Below the pieces are notes generated by a model. It made no database searches, had not been told where the DNA came from, and saw only the letters and a list, made by a program, of their open reading frames with translations. Position numbers and translations under genes: made by a program. From positions 14,590-46,589 of the forward strand of contig NZ_ABEA03000010.1 of NCBI RefSeq assembly GCF_000171235.2: a DNA stretch of 32,000 nt, given 5' to 3'. Source of the DNA: Geminisphaera colitermitum TAV2. Its GTDB lineage: Bacteria > Verrucomicrobiota > Verrucomicrobiia > Opitutales > Opitutaceae. Positions within the stretch are counted from its first letter, which is position 1; every line of letters begins with the position of its first letter. Below, one piece after another: positions 26,168 to 32,000 of the stretch.

Positions 26168-26551
26168 ATGAACACCAAAATTGAACAGGAAGCATTGACT
26201 GAGAAAATCATCGGCGCGGCCATCGAAGTGCACAAGCAACTCGGTCCGGGCTTGCTTGAATCCGCCTACGAAGCCGCCCTTGCGCTGGAACTGGCGCTGC
26301 GCGGAGTCGGGCTGGAGAAGCAAAGGGTGCTTCCGGTTAGCTACAAGGGAACCCCGATCGAGATCGGTTATCGCATCGATCTTCTGGTCGAGGGCAAGAT
26401 CGTCGTCGAACTCAAGGCCGTGGAGGCCCTGCATCCGCTCCATGAGGCGCAGCTCCTCACTTACCTGAAACTTTCGGGCTGCAAGGTGGGGCTCCTGATC
26501 AATTTCAATGTTCCTCTCTTGAAAAACGGCATCGTCCGCCGGGTGCTGTGA
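26168..26551 (+). CDS. GxxExxY protein (PD-(D/E)XK nuclease-like superfamily)
   Basis: 127 aa from ATG 26168. Contains [13 protein letters not shown] (G-x-x-E-x-x-Y), [14 protein letters not shown] and AQLLTYLK, which is the typical family layout. The upstream part of ORF 25790-26551 is repeat/non-coding read-through. Confidence 0.85.
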   Translation: MNTKIEQEALTEKIIGAAIEVHKQLGPGLLESAYEAALALELALRGVGLEKQRVLPVSYKGTPIEIGYRIDLLVEGKIVVELKAVEALHPLHEAQLLTYLKLSGCKVGLLINFNVPLLKNGIVRRVL

Positions 26552-26571
26552 TTTTTTTCCCAAACCTTTTT

Positions 26572-26681
26572 AACCACGGAGGACACGGAGGAACACGGAG
26601 AAAAGGCAGGAGGGTTTTTGTAATTATAAAAGCTGACTTCTCTCGGCTTGAACCTCCGTGCCCTCCGTGTCCTCCGTGGTT
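26572..26681. repeat. ccacggagg palindromic element, copy 3
   Basis: Same 29-nt left arm (26572-26600). The right arm (26654-26681) is identical to copy 2. An extra cctccgtggtt lies near 26700-26710. Confidence 0.9.
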
Positions 26682-26731
26682 AAAATTTTCTGCGTCGTAT
26701 CCTCCGTGGTTCATTAAAAAAAAGCCCGAAT

Positions 26732-27088
26732 ATGTCGAATGCATCGAAATCGGCCAATGAGCCCGTGTTGCTGGCGCGCTGGTATGACTACATGAAGTGG
26801 CTGCTGGACCGGGTGGACGGCTTTCCGAAAAACCAGCGGTTTATCTTTGGCACGCGGCTGGCGGACGCGGCGCTGGACATCCATGAGTTGCTGGTGGAGG
26901 CGAGCTACACGCGGGAGAAGGCGGAGTTGCTGCGCCGGGTCAACGTGCGGGTGGAAAAGTTGCGCTGGCTGGTGCGGCTGGCGAAAGACCGCCGCCTCAT
27001 CACGTCGCGCCAATACGAATACAGCGCCGAGCAGTTGACCGGCTGCGGCAAAATGCTCGGCGGCTGGATTAAAAACACTGAACGCTAA
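26732..27088 (+). CDS. avd: Avd-like accessory variability determinant (four-helix-bundle / 23S rRNA IVS protein family)
   Basis: 118 aa, predicted all-helical and basic. LARWYDYMKWLLDRVDGFPKNQRFIFGTRLADAALDIHELLVEA resembles four-helix-bundle/Avd proteins. It lies immediately upstream of the RT. Confidence 0.8.
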   Translation: MSNASKSANEPVLLARWYDYMKWLLDRVDGFPKNQRFIFGTRLADAALDIHELLVEASYTREKAELLRRVNVRVEKLRWLVRLAKDRRLITSRQYEYSAEQLTGCGKMLGGWIKNTER

Positions 27089-27108
27089 TGACTGAAAAAC
27101 AGAAATTT

Positions 27109-27219
27109 AACCACGGAGGACACGGAGGAACACGGAGTTTCAAACCGAGGGAAGGATGTATTTTCTAATAAATACAATTTCCTGTCTTTTCTCCGTGTTC
27201 CTCCGTGTCCTCCGTGGTT
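27109..27219. repeat. ccacggagg palindromic element, copy 4 (perfect 29-nt arms, core inverted and diverged)
   Basis: Arms at 27109-27137 and 27191-27219 are exact reverse complements. The reverse complement of the core resembles the cores of copies 1-3 (aaaagRcaggaa...ctcggYttgaa). Confidence 0.9.
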
Positions 27220-27238
27220 TAAAAATCAGGACTTCCCC

Positions 27239-28315
27239 ATGCCCCGAAAGCACCGTCACCTGTTCGAGAAGGTAATCACGCTGGAAAACCTGTTTGCCGC
27301 CGCCGAAAACGCGTCGCGTGGCAGGAGCGGCAAGGTGCCGGTGGCGCGAGGATTTGCGGAACTGGAAAAGACCGTCGTCACGCTGCGAGACGAATTGCTG
27401 GCGGGCACGTGGCAGCCGGGCCGGTATTATTACTTCACGATCACCGACCCGAAAGAGCGTGAGGTGGCCGCCGCGCCGTTCCGCGATCGCGTGGTGCACC
27501 ATGCGCTGGTGCGCGTGCTGGAGCCGATTTTCGAACCGCGTTTCATCGCGGATTCCTTCGCGTGCCGCCCCGGCAAGGGCACCCACGCCGCGCTCGCCCG
27601 CGCCCGCGAGTTCACCCGCCGCCACCGCTACTGCCTCAAGTGCGACATCAAAAAATATTTCCCCAACATCGACCACGCGCTGCTCCTGCGCGAGGTCGGG
27701 CGGGCGGTGGACGACGCGAGGGTGCTCGAACTCATCGGGCGCATCCTCGCCAGCCATGCCGACGGCGCGGCGCAGGAATGGCGGGCGGGGGCCGGTTTGT
27801 TCGACGTGGAGCAACGCCCGCGAGGCTTGCCCATCGGAAACCTCACCAGCCAGTTTCTGGCCAACGTACACCTGCACCCGCTCGACCTGTTCGTGAAGCA
27901 GACGTTGCGCGTGAAAGGCTACGTGCGCTACGTGGACGACTTTTTGCTTTTCGGCGACGACCGCGCCGCGCTCAAGGCGCACGGCCAGCGGGTGCGCGAG
28001 TTCGTCAGGACGCTGCGCCTGCGGGTGCATCCGGACAAGTTCCGGCTCTCGCGCACGGAGCAGGGCGTGGATTTTGTGGGTTTTGTGGCCTTTCCTGACG
28101 GGCGTATCCGCGTGCGCGACAGCAACGTGCGCCGCTTCACGCGCCGCCTGCGGCGGCAGGCGTGGTGCGTACGCACGGGGAGGATGGATTTTGACGACCT
28201 GTGCCAGCGGGCGTGTTCGTGGGCCGCCCACGCGGGCCATGCGCAGAGCCGGGGGTTGTTGCAGGATATTTTTTCCGGAATTTTCCATTTGCCAAATAAA
28301 GGCTCATGGGCCTAA
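27239..28315 (+). CDS. DGR-type reverse transcriptase
   Basis: 358 aa. RT motifs are FRDRVVHHAL, KCDIKKYFPNIDH, LPIGNLTSQFLANVHL (DGR-typical I/LGxxxSQ instead of QGxxxSP), YVRYVDDFLLF (YxDD), LRVHPDK and GVDFVGF. There is no maturase or endonuclease extension. Confidence 0.92.
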   Translation: MPRKHRHLFEKVITLENLFAAAENASRGRSGKVPVARGFAELEKTVVTLRDELLAGTWQPGRYYYFTITDPKEREVAAAPFRDRVVHHALVRVLEPIFEPRFIADSFACRPGKGTHAALARAREFTRRHRYCLKCDIKKYFPNIDHALLLREVGRAVDDARVLELIGRILASHADGAAQEWRAGAGLFDVEQRPRGLPIGNLTSQFLANVHLHPLDLFVKQTLRVKGYVRYVDDFLLFGDDRAALKAHGQRVREFVRTLRLRVHPDKFRLSRTEQGVDFVGFVAFPDGRIRVRDSNVRRFTRRLRRQAWCVRTGRMDFDDLCQRACSWAAHAGHAQSRGLLQDIFSGIFHLPNKGSWA

Positions 28316-28345
28316 TCATTGGCAAGTTCACCAAAATACCAAACT

Positions 28346-29323
28346 ATGGCTCGCATCTATAACGACATCACCGAGACGATTGGCAATACACCGCTCGTCC
28401 GCCTCAACCGCACCGCCGCCGCTCATGGCGCCCAAGCCGAGATCCTTCTCAAACTGGAGTTCTTTAATCCGCTCTCCTCCGTTAAGGACCGCATCGGTTT
28501 CGCCATGATCGACGAGGCCCTGAAATCCGGCCGTATCAACAAGGACACGATCCTCATCGAACCCACCTCCGGCAACACCGGCATTGCGCTCGCCTTTGTC
28601 GCCGCCGCCAAGGGTCTCAAGCTTATCCTCACCATGCCCGAGACGATGTCGCTCGAACGCCGCAAGCTCTTGAAAGTTCTCGGCGCCAAGCTCGTTCTCA
28701 CCGAAGGCAGCAAGGGCATGAAGGGCGCCATCGCCAAGGCCGAGGAACTCAACAAGCAGATCGCCAACAGCGTCGTGCTCCAGCAATTTGCCAATCCCGA
28801 CAATCCCGAAATCCACCGCAAGACGACCGCCGAGGAAATCTGGCGCGACACCGATGGCGCAGTCGATTTTGTCGTTTCGGGCGTCGGCACCGGCGGCACC
28901 ATCACCGGCGTCGGCGAAGTGCTCAAATCCCGCAAGCCCGGCGTCAAACTCGTCGCCGTCGAACCTGCCGGCTCCCCCGTCCTTTCCGGTGGCAACCCCG
29001 GCCCGCACAAGCTTCAGGGCATCGGCGCTGGCTTCATTCCCTCGGTGCTCAACACCAAGATCATCGACGAAATCATCCAGGTGAAGGAAGACGACTCGGG
29101 GCCCATTTCCAAGCAAGTGAACACCCTTGATGGCATTCCCATCGGCATTTCGTCCGGCGCGGCCGTGTGGGCGGCGATCCAACTCGCCAAGCGTCCGGAG
29201 AACAAGGGCAAGAAGATCGTTGCGATCATTCCCTCTGCCGCCGAGCGCTACCTGTCGTCCTGGCTGTTTGCCGACGTCAACGTCGAGAGCGACAACATCG
29301 ACGCCCTTCTCGCCGCCAAGTAA
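28346..29323 (+). CDS. cysK: Cysteine synthase A (O-acetylserine sulfhydrylase)
   Basis: Start [25 protein letters not shown]-lysine motif NPLSSVKDR, plus TSGNTG and [10 protein letters not shown]. Confidence 0.92.
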   Translation: MARIYNDITETIGNTPLVRLNRTAAAHGAQAEILLKLEFFNPLSSVKDRIGFAMIDEALKSGRINKDTILIEPTSGNTGIALAFVAAAKGLKLILTMPETMSLERRKLLKVLGAKLVLTEGSKGMKGAIAKAEELNKQIANSVVLQQFANPDNPEIHRKTTAEEIWRDTDGAVDFVVSGVGTGGTITGVGEVLKSRKPGVKLVAVEPAGSPVLSGGNPGPHKLQGIGAGFIPSVLNTKIIDEIIQVKEDDSGPISKQVNTLDGIPIGISSGAAVWAAIQLAKRPENKGKKIVAIIPSAAERYLSSWLFADVNVESDNIDALLAAK

Positions 29324-29350
29324 GGCGGCTTTACGTGGACAGCCCCCTAT

Positions 29351-29451
29351 AAGGAGGGCGGGTCTCCCGACCCGCCGACGGCGCAAAGCGCCGCAATTCC
29401 GGATGGGCGCGGCTGCGCCGCGTCTGGCGGGTCGGGAGACCCGCCCTCCTT
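29351..29451. repeat. REPIN-like palindromic element (variant family)
   Basis: Arms are aaggagggcgggtctcccgacccgcc and ggcgggtcgggagacccgccctcctt. Each arm holds a local gcgggtc-tcc-cgacccgc type hairpin. Confidence 0.85.
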
Positions 29452-29458
29452 AGAAAAT

Positions 29459-29494
29459 GCCGCTCCGGGGTAATGCCCGGAGCGGCGTTTTTTT
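29459..29494 (+). terminator. Rho-independent terminator downstream of cysK
   Basis: Perfect 11-bp stem gccgctccggg / cccggagcggc with a 6-nt loop, followed by g and T7 (29488-29494). Confidence 0.8.
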
Positions 29495-29553
29495 AGTTGG
29501 CCTGACTATGGCGGACCTGCCTTTACTCCGCGCCCGCCTTGCCTGCTGTCACC

Positions 29554-30270
29554 ATGAACGACCAACCGCCACCACCCAGTCCATCGCCCGCCGAGTCCTC
29601 CCGGACCGGCGAACGCGAAAAACCGGGAACAATCGTCGGACGGGCGCGTCAGAACGCAGAGCAAATGATTTCGACCAAAGCTCAAGAAGTTGCCCTGGAC
29701 CGCATGTTGGTGGATCGCTTCAAGGACGGCGATGCCTCGGCCTTCGATGAAATGGTATCGCGTTACTGGGACCGCATTTATGCCGTCGTCCATCAACTCC
29801 TCCGCAATCATCAGGATGCCGAGGAAGTCACGCAGGACGCTTTCATTCGCGCCCACCGGGGTCTTGTTAATTTCCGCGGCGACTCCGCCTTTTCGACCTG
29901 GCTTTACCAGATCGCCACCAACCTCGCCCGCAACCGCTACTGGTATTGGTGGCGCCGCAAGCGCGACAAGACAGTGTCGTTTGACCAGCCTGTCAGCTCC
30001 GACAACGAAACGCCGCTTTCGGAGATTTATGCCGCGCCTGTGGAGAGTCCAGACGACATCACCGTCACGCAGGAATTCGTGGACCGCGTGGCCTCGGGCA
30101 TGGAAAAACTCAACGCCAAGCACCGCGAAATTCTTATCCTGCGAAACGTCAAGAACCTGTCATATGAAGAGATCGGCACGATCCTCGGCATATCCGTCGG
30201 CACCGTCAAAAGCCGCATCGCTCGCGCGCGCGATAACCTGCGCGCAACCATGGGAGGAGATTTCAAGTGA
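29554..30270 (+). CDS. ECF-type sigma-70 family RNA polymerase sigma factor
   Basis: Region 2 is YWDRIYAVVHQLLRNHQDAEEVTQDAFIRAH...FSTWLYQIATNLARN. Region 4 is REILILRNVKNLSYEEIGTILGISVGTVKSRIARAR. A TTG at 29539 is an alternative start. Confidence 0.85.
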   Translation: MNDQPPPPSPSPAESSRTGEREKPGTIVGRARQNAEQMISTKAQEVALDRMLVDRFKDGDASAFDEMVSRYWDRIYAVVHQLLRNHQDAEEVTQDAFIRAHRGLVNFRGDSAFSTWLYQIATNLARNRYWYWWRRKRDKTVSFDQPVSSDNETPLSEIYAAPVESPDDITVTQEFVDRVASGMEKLNAKHREILILRNVKNLSYEEIGTILGISVGTVKSRIARARDNLRATMGGDFK

Positions 30271-31028
30271 AAGACCGTAGATTCAAAGAACTGATCAACC
30301 TGTATCTCGATAACGAGATAAGTATGTCCGAGGCCGCCGAACTCGAAGCCGAGTTGCACTGCAATCCAGTCCGCCGCGAGGAATACCACGACTACTGCCG
30401 CCTGCAACGAGGCTGCTCCACGCTCTTCGAGACGGAGTGCTCCCGCGCCCCGGCTTCCTTTGCCCTGCATCGCGCCCTCCGCGATGCTGAACGGCGCATC
30501 GAACGGCCCGCGTCGTCGGCTGCTTTCTGGCAACGTCGTCAATGGTGGGCTTATGGCAGCGCCGCCGCCGTGGCCGCTTCGCTGGTGCTGGTCGTGGTCC
30601 GCTTGCAGCAAGACCCGGACGGTGCCGCCGCATCCGCCCAATACGCCGCCACCGCTCCGGCGCTTGAGGTGGCTCCCGGTGGCAGTGGAGAAGCGCCGCC
30701 GCTGGTTGTTGCGGTCAGCGCACCTAGTCCGGTGCGTCCTTCGCATGGCACGTTGCGCGGCATCTCGGTTCCTGGCTGGGTGCTGGTGGCGGCGCACGAT
30801 GCGAACCGGCAGGGCGAACTGGGCGTTGGTTCCAGTCGTCTGGCGCTGGGTGTCGGCGAGCCGGTGATCAATCTGCCCGAACCCGCCATCAACGCTGATC
30901 TCGACCATTACGAACGAGCCGTGGCGTATGAGCCGGTTTCTTCCACCGGACTGCGCGGCTCCACCTCGGCGCTCGGCGCCGGTTCTGGATACAAGGTCGA
31001 GATGACCTCGTATCAGTTCCAACGGTAA
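30267..31028 (+). CDS. Putative anti-sigma factor (single-pass membrane protein)
   Basis: The GTG start overlaps the sigma-factor stop (GTGA), which suggests translational coupling. The N-terminus is anti-sigma-like (LINLYLDNEISMSEAAELEAELHCNP). The TM helix is WWAYGSAAAVAASLVLVVV. Confidence 0.6.
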   Translation: MKDRRFKELINLYLDNEISMSEAAELEAELHCNPVRREEYHDYCRLQRGCSTLFETECSRAPASFALHRALRDAERRIERPASSAAFWQRRQWWAYGSAAAVAASLVLVVVRLQQDPDGAAASAQYAATAPALEVAPGGSGEAPPLVVAVSAPSPVRPSHGTLRGISVPGWVLVAAHDANRQGELGVGSSRLALGVGEPVINLPEPAINADLDHYERAVAYEPVSSTGLRGSTSALGAGSGYKVEMTSYQFQR

Positions 31029-31063
31029 GTTCACCACCGAGACACAAAGTTCAAACTATACCT

Positions 31064-31167
31064 GGTAGGGAGGCCTCTCCGAGGCCTCCGCCGTGCGTAG
31101 TGTGAAGATGCGAAATTCATAGGTAGATGGAGCGTGGTTTCGGAGGCCTCGGAGAGGCCTCCCTACC
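31064..31167. repeat. REPIN-like palindromic element, family A, inverted relative to 1089-1191
   Basis: Arms are ggtagggaggcctctccgaggcctccg and cggaggcctcggagaggcctccctacc. The core resembles the reverse complement of the core at 1089-1191. It sits between convergent genes. Confidence 0.85.
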
Positions 31168-31202
31168 GTTAAGACAACGGCTACATTTCAACTGAAAACG
31201 CA

Positions 31203-31991
31203 CTACACCCGCGCCAGCGCGTGGGCTCGGGCGAGATCGTCAAGCGGATTGGCCGCCGGGAAAAATTCGTGGCCGACAAAACCGGCATGGCCGGTTTCAC
31301 GAATCGCACGGAAAATCGCCGGGTAATTGAGTTCCTGCGCGGGATCGTCAAGCGGGCCGCGACCGGGATTGCCTGCCGTGTGGTAGTGCGCAAACCAACG
31401 ATGATCGCGCCGGATCGTCCGGATAACGTCTCCCTCCATCACCTGCATGTGATAGATGTCGTAGAGCAGTTTCACCGCCGGCGAGTTGACCTGCTCGCAA
31501 AGCCGCACGCCCCAAGCCGTGCGGTCGCATTGGTAGCCGGCGTGATCCACACGGCTGTTGAGCAACTCGACGGCGAGCGTCACGCCAGCCTTTTCGGCTT
31601 CGGGCGCAATGCGGGAAAGCGTTTCCGCGGCAACGGCGAGGCCGCCGGCATCGGAAGGAGTATCGGTATTTGAATTTCCATGACGGTTGCCGCTGAAGCA
31701 GATCAGAACCGGGATGCGCCACTCCACGGCTTTGGCGATGTTGGCGCGCAACTCGTCGAGGATGCGCGGGGCGTTCTCACGACGGTTGAGGCCGTTTTCG
31801 ATGGTTCCGTGGCCGCCGGTGGTGGCGATGGCAAGGCCGTGCCGCCGGGCGAGCGGCCAGAATTTTTCGTCGATCAACTCGACGCCATCGTAGCCGATCT
31901 TCGCGGCCCCGGCGAGCAGGGCCTCCGGCTCGACACCGCGATTGGCGAACGACCACCAGGTGAAGGATTGCTTGAAGGATGCTTTTTGCAT
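31203..31991 (-). CDS. Hydroxypyruvate isomerase-family / xylose-isomerase-like TIM-barrel protein
   Basis: 262 aa. Contains [18 protein letters not shown] and [13 protein letters not shown], typical of Hyi-like sugar-phosphate isomerase/epimerase barrels. Confidence 0.7.
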   Translation of the reverse strand: MQKASFKQSFTWWSFANRGVEPEALLAGAAKIGYDGVELIDEKFWPLARRHGLAIATTGGHGTIENGLNRRENAPRILDELRANIAKAVEWRIPVLICFSGNRHGNSNTDTPSDAGGLAVAAETLSRIAPEAEKAGVTLAVELLNSRVDHAGYQCDRTAWGVRLCEQVNSPAVKLLYDIYHMQVMEGDVIRTIRRDHRWFAHYHTAGNPGRGPLDDPAQELNYPAIFRAIRETGHAGFVGHEFFPAANPLDDLARAHALARV

Positions 31992-32000
31992 GGTGCGGGG

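Larger units (their letters stand above)
24317..28315 (+). mobile_element. Diversity-generating retroelement (DGR) cassette: target/VR - TR - GxxExxY ORF - avd - RT
   Basis: A TR/VR pair with adenine-only substitutions, an Avd-like gene, and an RT carrying the DGR-type IGNLTSQ motif. See the component features. Confidence 0.9.

Noticed and set aside
25470-27219. Four regularly spaced identical repeats might be a CRISPR array
   Set aside because: The repeat units are ~110-bp palindromes spaced ~520-580 nt apart. The 'spacers' are genes or the TR. There are no cas genes. This is incompatible with CRISPR geometry.
27239-28315. The RT could be a retron, a group II intron maturase or an Abi/defence-type RT
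   Set aside because: A cognate TR/VR pair with adenine-only mismatches lies upstream, and an Avd-like gene precedes the RT. Motif 4 is IGNLTSQ (DGR type) rather than QGxxxSP. There is no X/maturase or endonuclease domain, no intron-like flanking structure, and no msr/msd-like inverted repeats next to the RT.
29351-29451. The palindrome after cysK as its transcription terminator
   Set aside because: It lacks a T-run. A textbook hairpin plus T7 terminator follows at 29459-29494. The palindrome matches the REPIN-like architecture seen elsewhere in the window.
27140-31037. Minus-strand ORFs 27140-28288, 28328-29386 and 30027-31037
   Set aside because: They are antisense to the RT, cysK and the sigma/anti-sigma pair respectively. 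The plus-strand frames carry diagnostic motifs. The minus-strand products are Arg/Gly/Ala-rich with no motifs.

Overview
This is a high-GC bacterial chromosomal window. PEP-CTERM tails, a prepilin-type H-X9-DG protein and many glycoside hydrolases suggest a Verrucomicrobiota (Opitutales-like) or other PVC-group genome; this is inference only. The left part holds a PfkB kinase, a class II aldolase-like gene, a GH36 alpha-galactosidase, a decayed dinD remnant, a LacI-headed minus-strand cluster of secreted/surface proteins, a GH29 fucosidase and a ~1470-aa kexin-like S8 protease. The middle holds carB, a Uma2 nuclease and dinB. The right part holds a complete diversity-generating retroelement (DGR). 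It consists of an FGE/C-lectin-type target gene with VR (25111-25243), a cognate TR (25618-25747) whose substitutions all fall at TR adenines, an Avd-like four-helix-bundle gene and a DGR-type reverse transcriptase. It is followed by cysK, an ECF sigma/anti-sigma pair and a TIM-barrel isomerase. Unusual points: (1) the VR carries 1-nt and 2-nt indels that create an in-frame TAA. (2) A PEP-CTERM sorting tail lies after the VR. (3) Four copies of a ~110-bp palindromic element split the DGR into cassette-like units, and a GxxExxY nuclease-like gene sits between TR and avd. (4) carB carries an in-frame ~171-nt insertion made of a G19 tract plus a palindromic repeat. (5) There are eleven G or C homopolymers of 10-19 nt, several upstream of surface-protein genes or inside CDSs as poly-Pro. 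(6) There are at least five families of nested, REPIN-like palindromes. All calls come from reading the sequence and recalled family motifs; no database search was run.
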